DNA of 64,000 nucleotides from assembly GCA_947631395.1 (NCBI GenBank), contig CANRLF010000002.1, positions 5,179-69,178 of the forward strand. Direction: 5' to 3'. The translations under genes were made by a program, and so were the position numbers. Of this stretch, positions 1 to 8,500 are shown one piece after another. The stretch's first letter is position 1; each line of letters starts with the position of its first letter. This DNA is from an uncultured Oscillospiraceae bacterium (GTDB lineage: Bacteria; Bacillota; Clostridia; Oscillospirales; Oscillospiraceae). The notes beneath the pieces were generated by a model. It saw only the letters and a program-made list of their open reading frames with translations, made no database searches and was not told the DNA's origin.

Positions 1-270
1 GCGGTGTTCGTCTTTGATGAGCCGACCATCGGACTGCACCCGCTGGATGTGGAGACGCTGCTTAACGTGTTTGAACGGCTTATCGAAAACGGCGCGACGG
101 TGATAGTCATAGAGCACGACATGGACGTTATAAGGAACGCGGACTTCGTCATAGACATGGGGCCGGGCGGCGGAGAGGAAGGCGGCGAGATCGTGGCCGC
201 CGGTACGCCGGAGGAGCTCACGGAATGTGAGCGCAGTAAGACGGGGGCGTATCTGAAGCGGTACATGTGA
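1..270 (+). CDS. uvrA: Excinuclease ABC subunit A (UvrA), C-terminal fragment; the 5' end lies outside the window
   Basis: Frame-1 translation AVFVFDEPTIGLHPLDVETLLNVFERLIENGATVIVIEHDMDVIRNADFVIDMGPGGGEEGGEIVAAGTPEEL is the Walker B/D-loop/H-loop end of the second UvrA ABC module. Stop at 268-270. Confidence 0.85.
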   Translation, partial: AVFVFDEPTIGLHPLDVETLLNVFERLIENGATVIVIEHDMDVIRNADFVIDMGPGGGEEGGEIVAAGTPEELTECERSKTGAYLKRYM

Positions 271-390
271 CATAAAAATGATAAACTATCCTTTCAGACC
301 GTTGACAAACTGTAAATATTTTTCATAAGGACATGCGCCCCATGCGGGAGGGAAATGAAGTGAACCATGGGGCCGGGCGGTACGGTAAGT

Positions 391-430
391 ATATGGGCGC
401 AACATGCCGTGAAAGTTGCGCCCATATTTT
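391..430 (+). terminator. Rho-independent terminator-like hairpin downstream of uvrA
   Basis: Perfect 13-bp stem ATATGGGCGCAAC (391-403) / GTTGCGCCCATAT (415-427), 11-nt loop, followed by TTTT. Confidence 0.55.
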
Positions 431-475
431 TACGCTATTCAAATACTATGACCGTAGTGAGATTTTGCGCGGATC

Positions 476-487
476 GTATTTAAATAC
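476..487. promoter_or_regulatory. Perfect 12-bp palindrome GTATTTAAATAC, about 100 bp upstream of the serine recombinase gene; candidate recombinase or regulator binding site
   Basis: GTATTTAAATAC is its own reverse complement. The flanks extend it imperfectly (GCGGATCGTATTTAAATACAGCCGC). A TAATAT -10-like hexamer lies at 497-502. Confidence 0.3.
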
Positions 488-586
488 AGCCGCAGGTAAT
501 ATAACTATCAAAAAAGAGTTACGGTTGTATAAGCGTATATCATGGTTCCTTTTTTGAAAGAGTAATCTTTACAAGGAGGAAATCAT

Positions 587-1258
587 ATGGAAGGCAAAAT
601 GTATGGCTATATCCGCGTATCGACAAGAGAGCAGAACGAGGACCGACAGCTCATCGCCATGCGGCAGTTTGGTGTGCCGGAGAATTGCGTCGTAATGGAC
701 AAGCAGTCGGGGAAAGATTTCGAGCGTCCCGGTTATAAGAAGCTCCTGAGAAAATTAAAGGCCGGGGACACTCTTGTGGTCAAGAGCATCGACCGGCTGG
801 GGCGCAATTATGAGGAGATTTTGGAACAGTGGCGGCTCATCACCAAAGAGAAGCAGGCCGCCATGGTGGTGCTGGATATGCCGCTTCTGGACACGCGACA
901 GGGGAGGGACCTGACGGGGACGCTGATCGCGGATATAGTACTTCAGCTTCTGAGCTATGTGGCCGAGACGGAGCGTCAATTTATTCGCCAGCGCCAAGCC
1001 GAGGGCATCGCGGCGGCGAAGGAGCGCGGTGTTCAATTCGGGCGTCCGCCGATAAGCAGGCCCCCGGGATTTTCTGCCGCGCTGGAGCGATACACCTCCG
1101 GGGAAATCAGCTCACGCCAAGCGGCAAAGGAGCTGGGGATCTCGTACAACACTTTTTTGCGTTGGGCAAAGGAGGCTTCTGTTACAAAAAGTACACCTTT
1201 TGGAACAGGGGCGAAAAGCCGAAATTTGCACATTGAAGTTAAGAAAAAAACTACATAA
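587..1258 (+). CDS. Small serine recombinase (resolvase/invertase family) with C-terminal HTH
   Basis: N-terminus MYGYIRVSTREQNEDRQ carries the catalytic Ser motif (YxRVST). VVKSIDRLGRN and the E-helix region are present, as is a C-terminal HTH (SSRQAAKELGISYNTFLRWAK). AGGAGG at 574-579 sits 7 nt before the ATG. Confidence 0.9.
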   Translation: MEGKMYGYIRVSTREQNEDRQLIAMRQFGVPENCVVMDKQSGKDFERPGYKKLLRKLKAGDTLVVKSIDRLGRNYEEILEQWRLITKEKQAAMVVLDMPLLDTRQGRDLTGTLIADIVLQLLSYVAETERQFIRQRQAEGIAAAKERGVQFGRPPISRPPGFSAALERYTSGEISSRQAAKELGISYNTFLRWAKEASVTKSTPFGTGAKSRNLHIEVKKKTT

Positions 1259-1356
1259 CATTGTATCATGGGGCGGAAATAAATTCAATAGGGCCTGTTA
1301 GAAAAAGCGTACCTTATTGAACAGGGCGATGCCGATCTGAGTGAGGTATCCGCCAT

Positions 1357-4300
1357 ATGTTCAAATCAGCCGAAAGAAAAAAGAGCCAGGGATTCACTCT
1401 GGCCGAGGTCCTGATCGTCGTGGCAATTATCGTGATCCTCCTTGCCGTGGCGATCCCCAACATCATATCCTATTACCGTTCCATGAAGCTGACGGAGCTG
1501 GACGACAGTGCCCGCACCATATTCATGGCCGCTCAGAACAGACTGACGGCGATGAAGAGCGCGGGGGAGGATCTCTCCGCCCTCAGCGATATTGACGTGG
1601 ACGAAAACGCCGGCCCAGGCACCGGCACGGGCAAATATCTCGCGGTGACCGAGGCTCAGGCCGACAGTCTCGCCTCCCTGGTGCCGGGAGGCTCCATCGA
1701 GTCTCAGCTTCACGATAACCACTATGTGGTGGAGATCGACCCGAAGACCGGGGCGGTCTACGCGGTGTGGTATTGGGAGAAGGAGGACTTTGACTATAAA
1801 AACGAGTCATACGACGAGGTGAAGCCGGAAAAGGACAAGAGGCTTGACGCCGGACGTATGGTCGGCTACTACGGCGGCTCCTTCGTTGTCCGTCCCAACA
1901 TCGGCCAGACACCTATGCCGTCAGCGCAGGTGATTAACGCCGAGGAGCTTAAGCTGGAGATAACCGTACCGGGCTACACCGGAGGTTCAGCTCCGGTCAT
2001 CAACGCTACCGTTACTCTTTCAGACAGAAGCGGCCATAAGGTAACTATCATAAATGAAGCAAAATTGGATTATGATAGCGGGCCTAAAAATATCTACTCG
2101 GGTACAATAGTACTTGATACACTTGATGATACCGAATATGACGGCGATGGAACGGCCCCCTTCGCCGGCAAGACCAAGGGCAAGCCGTTCAAAGAATGGG
2201 TAGAAACCTATCCGGGCTCAGGCATCTACACAATTGAACCCGGAGCGAATTTCGATATTGAAGTGAAGGTCACGGCTGTCGATTCAGCCGGCAGTAAGGA
2301 CTATCTACCACAGTACATATATTGGACAGATGTGAACAGCCTATTTGAGAGCGTGGACGGGGGCATCGCAAAGATCGCATACGGGCGGCATTTGCAAAAT
2401 CTGGATAATTCATCCGGGGTGACGAGTAGCATCACCGGGGCGGTGCAGGTGCGGGACATTGACTTTGACGCCACCGGAGTGGATACTGTTTACTCATGGT
2501 TCGACACCTATAAAAAGACAGCCGGAACACAACGCAAGTTCACGCCGATAAAAAATGACACTCTCACCTCCTACGACGGCGCGGATCACACAATCAGCGA
2601 ATTAATTATCGACGAAACCGGCGAAAACGTCGGCCTGTTCACCTCCACCGACGCTAAGCTCGATAACATCCGCCTTGTGAACGCCGACGTCAAGGGCGGC
2701 AACAACGTGGGCGCGCTGGCCGGGCAGTACAACGGCTCCGCCATCACCAACTGCGGCGCTTATGTGGACGAAGTCAGCAAACCGGCCACCGTTACCGATT
2801 CCGCCTACGACACGTACAAAGTCACCGGTACCGGCAACTGCGTCGGCGGACTTGTCGGCAATATAACCTCTGCGGCGGCTTTATCCCAAAGCTTCGCCTC
2901 CGTGAAGGTGACCGGCGCTACCGACGTCGGCGGTCTTGTCGGACAGGTAAATTCCGATTCCACCTTCACAGACTGCTACTCCGGCGGACACACCGAGGGC
3001 GGGACGTATAAATCAGACGCAAACGTTACCGGCACCACCGGCGTCGGCGGTCTGGTTGGCTCAGTCGCAGACGGTAAGTCCCTGACCCTTAATAAAATAA
3101 ATTACAGCACCTGCTCGGTAAAAACAAGCGGCACTGCGTCGGATACCGGGTTGTTCGTGGGCACCCATACGGGAGCTAATGGGACTGTTATAAAAGGTTC
3201 TGACTTCGAAAAAGCTTACGCGACGGGCGAAGCGTTTGGTTTGACCGGGGCCAAAATCACGATCGGCCTCCACGACGAAACCGCCTACCTCGACACCGAT
3301 CGCGGCACAAACACGGTGTCCGACTTTATAACCGTCCCTTACGACGAAACGCTGAAAACCACCGTCTATCCCTACGCCACGAACCTCAAAATGCACTACG
3401 GCGACTGGGTGAAGGAAACAGCCACCGCCAGTTCCCTGTGCTACTATGAGGGGTATGTCGGCGGCACCGAATATAACCTCTGGGGCTACATCTCCCCCGA
3501 CCCGACGACCGTAGCCACGCTGGTGAAAGGGCTTGATGGTACAAGCGGCAAGCTGGTAGCGGAGGACGGGTACTGCATACCGGTGTTGCAAGGCCAGCCG
3601 GCACCGACAAGTGTGACGGTGGTCAGTGTCGACAGCACCAAACGCCCAGCAGAGACTACTACCAATACCTATGACAAATTTACAAAGATCGGGACGTACA
3701 CTTATGGCGGAAATACATATGACCTTTACAAGATCGACAAACTTCTTGACACCGCCGACGGCGTTAAGATAGACAACGATTATTACCACGAGATCGACCT
3801 TGGCGGCGCGAAATACTGGTTCAACCCGTTCTTTGCGTGTGAGATACAAAAGGACGAACCGTCAGACAAGACCAAGCCCGGTGCCAAGGAGGACGCGGCG
3901 GGTACCGGTAGTACGTTGTCCGGTGATTTTGACGGCAAAGTTGTGATCCGTACCGCGCGGCAACTGGCCAATCTTGCGGATGCCACGGGGAGCGTGTATA
4001 ACAAAGGCACCGAACCACAAAAAGATGCCCAAGAGCGAGAATATGTCCAGTTGCTGGACATCGACTACAACAAATACGATGGAAACGATTTGAAGGTAGG
4101 CAAAACAAGCGCCTCCCGTCAGAAACCGGCTTCACTGAGTACAGGCAGTTACGACGGTAGCCATTTCTTAATTCGTAATCTGTATCTTGGCGATTCAACC
4201 GGAGAAGAAGCGGGGACCGGACTGTTTGGGCGGACAAGGGGCGAAATGAAAAACATTCGTCTGGTGAACATAAGCGTCACCGATGCTAACAGCGCGAAGA

Positions 4301-5085
4301 AAGGATATGTCGGTGCATTGGCCGGTCGTTTCCAAGGGGATACCGTCACAGATTGCGGTGTTTATGTGGATAATACTGCTGACAACAAGCCATCCGGCAT
4401 TTCGGATGCCTACACCGAATTTAAGATTGAAGGCGCTGATAGCCGTGGTGGAAGTGACTGCGTTGGCGGGTTGATTGGCGGCGTTAATTCCGAGGCTGTG
4501 GCGACGTTTACAAGCTGCTTCGCCGCAGTGAAAGTAGAGAGTCAAGACGGCGATCGAGTCGGCGGACTTATAGGGAGTTTCTCCGCGTCCCAGGGTGACG
4601 GTAAGCTGATCAACTGCTACGCCGGCGGCCACACAAGTGGTGGTTCATATGACGGTACCAATGCAAACGTGATCGGCGCAAAGCAGGTCGGAGGTTTGAT
4701 AGGTTATGTTCCCGGAAGTACTAAGACGCCACCCGACTCGCATACTGTGACAATCTCCGGCATCAATTACAGCACTTGCTCAGTAAAATCCAATGATAAT
4801 AAAATTGGGCTACTCATCGGTGATGTGGACATCGATCATAAAGCGTCGGTCGAGGTTGACACAGCGGTTTCCTCCACTGCCTACGCCATCGGCGCAGCGT
4901 ATGGCTCCAGCGGCGAGGCCAATCCGCGCGAAGAGACTTACCTCACCTCTCCCCAGGAAAATACCCAAACCGATTTCAAGACCCACGCCTATGACGGTAC
5001 TCTCACCGGGGATTACCCGTATCAAACGAACCTCGATGAGCATTACGGCGACTGGCCGCCTCCGGTTCAGGCGCCGGGGAACTAA
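1357..5085 (+). CDS. Very large (1242 aa) type IV prepilin-like protein: N-terminal cleavage/methylation signal followed by two GLUG-motif-like repeat modules
   Basis: MFKSAERKKSQG|FTLAEVLIVVAIIVILLAVAIPN is a class III (prepilin) signal with Gly-1, Phe+1 and Glu+5. Downstream there are repeated VGGLVG/VGALAG units typical of GLUG motifs. Confidence 0.8.
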   Translation: MFKSAERKKSQGFTLAEVLIVVAIIVILLAVAIPNIISYYRSMKLTELDDSARTIFMAAQNRLTAMKSAGEDLSALSDIDVDENAGPGTGTGKYLAVTEAQADSLASLVPGGSIESQLHDNHYVVEIDPKTGAVYAVWYWEKEDFDYKNESYDEVKPEKDKRLDAGRMVGYYGGSFVVRPNIGQTPMPSAQVINAEELKLEITVPGYTGGSAPVINATVTLSDRSGHKVTIINEAKLDYDSGPKNIYSGTIVLDTLDDTEYDGDGTAPFAGKTKGKPFKEWVETYPGSGIYTIEPGANFDIEVKVTAVDSAGSKDYLPQYIYWTDVNSLFESVDGGIAKIAYGRHLQNLDNSSGVTSSITGAVQVRDIDFDATGVDTVYSWFDTYKKTAGTQRKFTPIKNDTLTSYDGADHTISELIIDETGENVGLFTSTDAKLDNIRLVNADVKGGNNVGALAGQYNGSAITNCGAYVDEVSKPATVTDSAYDTYKVTGTGNCVGGLVGNITSAAALSQSFASVKVTGATDVGGLVGQVNSDSTFTDCYSGGHTEGGTYKSDANVTGTTGVGGLVGSVADGKSLTLNKINYSTCSVKTSGTASDTGLFVGTHTGANGTVIKGSDFEKAYATGEAFGLTGAKITIGLHDETAYLDTDRGTNTVSDFITVPYDETLKTTVYPYATNLKMHYGDWVKETATASSLCYYEGYVGGTEYNLWGYISPDPTTVATLVKGLDGTSGKLVAEDGYCIPVLQGQPAPTSVTVVSVDSTKRPAETTTNTYDKFTKIGTYTYGGNTYDLYKIDKLLDTADGVKIDNDYYHEIDLGGAKYWFNPFFACEIQKDEPSDKTKPGAKEDAAGTGSTLSGDFDGKVVIRTARQLANLADATGSVYNKGTEPQKDAQEREYVQLLDIDYNKYDGNDLKVGKTSASRQKPASLSTGSYDGSHFLIRNLYLGDSTGEEAGTGLFGRTRGEMKNIRLVNISVTDANSAKKGYVGALAGRFQGDTVTDCGVYVDNTADNKPSGISDAYTEFKIEGADSRGGSDCVGGLIGGVNSEAVATFTSCFAAVKVESQDGDRVGGLIGSFSASQGDGKLINCYAGGHTSGGSYDGTNANVIGAKQVGGLIGYVPGSTKTPPDSHTVTISGINYSTCSVKSNDNKIGLLIGDVDIDHKASVEVDTAVSSTAYAIGAAYGSSGEANPREETYLTSPQENTQTDFKTHAYDGTLTGDYPYQTNLDEHYGDWPPPVQAPGN
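2572..3408 (+). repeat. Internal protein-level repeat, module A of the giant pilin-like protein (aa 406-684)
   Basis: YDGADHTISELIIDE..GLF..NIRLVNADVKGGNNVGALAGQYNGSAITNCGAYVD..CVGGLVG..DVGGLVGQ..CYSGGHTEGGTY..GVGGLVGSV..INYSTCSVKT..YPYATNLKMHYGDW. Collinear with module B. Confidence 0.75.
4150..5055 (+). repeat. Internal protein-level repeat, module B of the giant pilin-like protein (aa 932-1233)
   Basis: YDGSHFLIRNLYLGD..GLF..NIRLVNISVTDANSAKKGYVGALAGRFQGDTVTDCGVYVD..CVGGLIGG..RVGGLIGS..CYAGGHTSGGSY..QVGGLIGYV..INYSTCSVKS..YPYQTNLDEHYGDW. Collinear with module A. Confidence 0.75.
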
Positions 5086-5225
5086 TATGAATGCAATTAC
5101 GATGGTAGCGGGGACATAGGATTCCGGATCGTCGAGATTCTGGACGGAAACATCACCTATATACTTCAGGAGCATGTGTTTCACACAGGCTTTTGACGGA
5201 AAATTGTAATTTGCTTATAAGGTTC

Positions 5226-5255
5226 AAAAGGAGCGCCGGTCCGGGCGCTCCTTTT
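5226..5255 (+). terminator. Rho-independent terminator after the pilin-like gene
   Basis: AAAAGGAGCGCC (5226-5237) pairs with GGCGCTCCTTTT (5244-5255); 6-nt loop. Confidence 0.7.
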
Positions 5256-5377
5256 GATGTATGGGGGTGGGCAGGGAGCACGAAAGACGGGGGAGAAAAA
5301 TTTAAAAGTTTGTTCACCCTTTAGGGGGGCGTTGGGCTATAATTGAAATGAATAAATTATGTGAAACGGGATGGACC

Positions 5378-8353
5378 ATGCTTAAACTTACTAACATCAC
5401 CAAGACCTACATAACCGGGGACCTGAAGCAGCAGGCGCTGGACGGGATCTCGATATCCTTTCGCAAAAACGAGTTCGTCAGCGTGCTGGGCCAGTCGGGC
5501 TCGGGCAAGACGACGCTGCTCAATATAATCGGGGGCCTTGACCAGTACACCTCCGGGGACCTCGTTATAAACGGCAAGTCCACCAAGGAGTACAACGACG
5601 CGGACTGGGACGCCTACCGCAACCACTCGGTGGGCTTTGTGTTCCAGAGCTATAACCTCATCCCCCACCAGTCGGTGCTGAGGAACGTGGAGCTGGCGCT
5701 GACATTATCCGGCGTACCAAAGGCGGAGCGGCGCAGAAGGGCCATGGAGGCTTTAAAGGCCGTGGGCCTGGAGGATCAGGTGAACAAGCGGCCAAACCAG
5801 ATGTCCGGCGGGCAGATGCAGAGGGTGTCCATCGCCAGGGCGCTTATCAACAACCCGGACATACTCCTGGCCGACGAGCCCACCGGGGCGCTGGACTCAG
5901 AGACAAGCATACAGGTCATGGAGCTTTTGAAGGAAATAGCCCGGGACAGACTGGTCATAATGGTCACACACAACCCGGAGATCGCCGAACGCTATTCCAC
6001 CAGGATCGTGCGGCTTCTGGACGGCCGGATAACCGACGACTCGGACCCCTATGAGGACGAGTCCACCGCCCAGGTGCTGACCAAAAAGGAGCAGAAGAAG
6101 CTAAAGAGCGAGAAGAAGAAAAAGTCTATGTCCTTCTTCACCGCCCTCTCGCTTTCACTAAATAACCTGATGACGAAGAAGGGGAGGACCTTCCTCACCA
6201 GCTTTGCCGGGAGCATCGGCATAATCGGCATAGCCCTCATACTGTCGGTATCAGCCGGGTTCCAGGCGTATATCGACTACGTCCAGGAGGAGACGCTGTC
6301 GAGCTACCCCATAACCATAGAGGCCGAGAGCGTGGACATGACGGCAATGCTAACGAGCTTCATGGGCGCCAGGGACCGGGACGAGACGGAGGAGCGCGAC
6401 CCGGACAGGGTGTACTCCGCCACAGTGATGTACGATATGCTGTCCTCGATGATGACGGCACAGACGAAAACCAATAACCTGACCGCCTTCAAGGAGTTCC
6501 TTGACGCCGGCGGGAACGGGATAGGGGACATAGCGAAGATATACTACGCCTATGACTTCAAATTCGACGTATATACCAGGGATACCGACGGGAACATCCT
6601 GAAAAGCGACGTAATGAGCATGATGGAGCAGGCCATGACCGGCATGTTCGGCGGGGACTATTCCTCGTATTTTGACACCATGGGCGGTATGTACGAGCGC
6701 ATGGACGTGTGGAACGAGCTCCTGCCGGAGTCCGACGGCACAGGCGTGGCCGGGCAGGTCCGGGAGCAAAATGAGCTCCTTTACGGCCACTGGCCGGAAA
6801 ATTACGACGAGATAGTCATATTCGTCGACAGCCACAACGAGATCTCTGACCTCATGCTCTACGCCCTGGGGTTCATATCCTCTGACAAGATGACCGAGAC
6901 CATGACGGCGCTGATGTCGGGGAAGCCCGTGGAGGCAGAGACCATGAGCTGGAGCTACGCGGAGCTGTGCGATACGGAGTTTAAGTTCATACTACCATCG
7001 GAATATTACCAGTATGACCCGGCCACCGGCACGTATGTGGATCTGTCCGCCACCGAGACGGGCATGGATTATCTGTTCTCCAGCCCGGACGTGGGCGTAC
7101 CGCTGAAGGTGGTGGGGATCGTCCGGCCCGACGAGGAGTCCGGCGGCGGACGGGTGTCCGGACAGATCGGCTACACCGCAGATCTGACGCGCTACGCCAT
7201 CGAGACCACCCAGCAGCAGGAGATAGTGAAAAAACAGCTGGCCGACGAGACGGTGGACGTATTCAACGGACTGCCCTTCCGGACCATGGACATGACCGAG
7301 CCCGATGACGCAAAGAAGGCCGCGGATCTCAAGGCGTATATCGACACCCTGGATACCGCCGACAAGGTGGAGCTTTTGACGAATATGGCCTGTGTGCCAC
7401 CGGAGGAGGTGGTACAGTCCACCGTTGACCAGCAGCTGGCGGATTTCGACAGACAGGCCCTTACGGATATGATGACGGAAAGCTACGCCGAGCGTATGGG
7501 CGTCACGGATACGAGCCAGATAGAGAGCTACTTTGCCCAGCTGAGCGATGAGGAGCTGTTCGAGCTGGCCGAGGCCGGAATACGTCAGACGGTGGAGCAG
7601 ATGTACGCCGCCCAGATCCGCGGGCAGCTGGCGGGGCTCCCGGAGGAGGCGCTTCTGGCGACCCTTTCGCAGACGGAGTACACAGACCAGCAGTACGGCG
7701 TGTTCTATGACCGCTTTATGCCGCCCACGGTGTCGGATTCGAACTTCGAGCAGAACATGGATAAGCTCGGATATGCCAGGATAGAGTCGCCGGACACCGT
7801 CAGCCTTTACGCCACGAGCTTCGAGGACAAGGACGAGATCGCGAGGCTCATAGAGGTGTATAACGAGGGCGTCGAGGAGGACGACAAGATAGATTATACC
7901 GACTACGTGGCGCTTCTGATGGACTCCGTCACAACGATCATAAACGCCATAAGCTATGTGCTCATCGCCTTCGTGTCCATATCCCTTGTGGTGAGCTCCA
8001 TTATGATCGGTATAATAACCTACATCTCGGTCCTCGAGCGCACCAAGGAGATCGGCGTGTTGAGGGCCATAGGAGCCTCGAAGCGGGACGTGGGCAGGGT
8101 GTTCAACGCGGAGACGCTTATCGTGGGCTTCGGCGCGGGAGTCATAGGCATACTCGCGTCACTGCTCATCATCGTGCCTATAAATCTTGTGCTCCACGCC
8201 CTGACGGGCATAGAGGAGCTGTCAGCCCAGCTTCCTGTGGTGGGCGCTGTGGTACTGGTCGTTATAAGCATGCTGCTGACCTTTATCGCCGGACTTGTGC
8301 CGTCGCACCTGGCGGCCAAGAAGAACCCGGTGGAGGCGCTGAGGACGGAATAA
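5378..8353 (+). CDS. Fused MacB-type ABC transporter: N-terminal ATPase plus FtsX-like permease with a very large extracytoplasmic domain
   Basis: Walker A GQSGSGKTT, signature MSGGQMQRVSIARAL, Walker [13 protein letters not shown]. One TM follows the ATPase. After about 560 aa of soluble sequence comes a C-terminal FtsX-type 3-TM bundle (VLERTKEIGVLRAIGASKRDV). An alternative in-frame ATG lies at 5348. Confidence 0.85.
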   Translation: MLKLTNITKTYITGDLKQQALDGISISFRKNEFVSVLGQSGSGKTTLLNIIGGLDQYTSGDLVINGKSTKEYNDADWDAYRNHSVGFVFQSYNLIPHQSVLRNVELALTLSGVPKAERRRRAMEALKAVGLEDQVNKRPNQMSGGQMQRVSIARALINNPDILLADEPTGALDSETSIQVMELLKEIARDRLVIMVTHNPEIAERYSTRIVRLLDGRITDDSDPYEDESTAQVLTKKEQKKLKSEKKKKSMSFFTALSLSLNNLMTKKGRTFLTSFAGSIGIIGIALILSVSAGFQAYIDYVQEETLSSYPITIEAESVDMTAMLTSFMGARDRDETEERDPDRVYSATVMYDMLSSMMTAQTKTNNLTAFKEFLDAGGNGIGDIAKIYYAYDFKFDVYTRDTDGNILKSDVMSMMEQAMTGMFGGDYSSYFDTMGGMYERMDVWNELLPESDGTGVAGQVREQNELLYGHWPENYDEIVIFVDSHNEISDLMLYALGFISSDKMTETMTALMSGKPVEAETMSWSYAELCDTEFKFILPSEYYQYDPATGTYVDLSATETGMDYLFSSPDVGVPLKVVGIVRPDEESGGGRVSGQIGYTADLTRYAIETTQQQEIVKKQLADETVDVFNGLPFRTMDMTEPDDAKKAADLKAYIDTLDTADKVELLTNMACVPPEEVVQSTVDQQLADFDRQALTDMMTESYAERMGVTDTSQIESYFAQLSDEELFELAEAGIRQTVEQMYAAQIRGQLAGLPEEALLATLSQTEYTDQQYGVFYDRFMPPTVSDSNFEQNMDKLGYARIESPDTVSLYATSFEDKDEIARLIEVYNEGVEEDDKIDYTDYVALLMDSVTTIINAISYVLIAFVSISLVVSSIMIGIITYISVLERTKEIGVLRAIGASKRDVGRVFNAETLIVGFGAGVIGILASLLIIVPINLVLHALTGIEELSAQLPVVGAVVLVVISMLLTFIAGLVPSHLAAKKNPVEALRTE

Positions 8354-8380
8354 TTAAAATAAGCCAATGTGAAAATGACA

Positions 8381-8401
8381 GGGCGGGCCACAGGCCCGCC
8401 C
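8381..8401 (+). terminator. GC-rich hairpin after the ABC gene (weak U-tract)
   Basis: GGGCGGGCC (8381-8389) / GGCCCGCCC (8393-8401), followed by GCTTTG. Confidence 0.4.
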
Positions 8402-8438
8402 GCTTTGCAATAAGTGCCGTAAGGCGGGACATTTTGAT

Positions 8439-8500
8439 GGGGTAGAACCCCTCAGTCTCGCTGCGCTCGACAGCTCCCCATTGAAACGGGGAGCCTTTTT
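8439..8500. repeat. REP-like structured intergenic element
   Basis: GGGGTAGAACCCC then CAGTCTCGCTGCGCTCGACAGCTCCCC-ATTGAAAC-GGGGAGC-CTTTTT, i.e. two short hairpins. From memory this resembles dispersed intergenic palindromic elements in Clostridia genomes whose spurious translations read like ..ELS..RLTEG.. Only one copy is seen in this window. Confidence 0.3.

Noticed and set aside
506-516. TATCAAAAAAG, resembling a hix half-site (TTATCAAAAACC) upstream of the recombinase gene
   Set aside because: I could find no properly spaced inverted partner half-site. The nearest GGTTGTATAA is 6 bp away rather than 2 bp, and there is no second copy near 1259-1356. I judged it an A-run coincidence.
333-557. 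74-aa plus-strand ORF in the uvrA-recombinase spacer
   Set aside because: It has no RBS and runs straight through a strong terminator-like hairpin (391-430). The translation has no recognisable features.
341-1296. Imperfect direct similarity between 341-375 (CATGCGGGAGGGAAATGAAG..CATGGGGCC) and 1267-1296 (CATGGGGCGGAAATAAATTC..GGGCC), flanking the recombinase gene
   Set aside because: It aligns only with gaps (about 15 of 20 positions) in purine-rich sequence. That is too weak to call target-site duplication or res sites without a statistical alignment.
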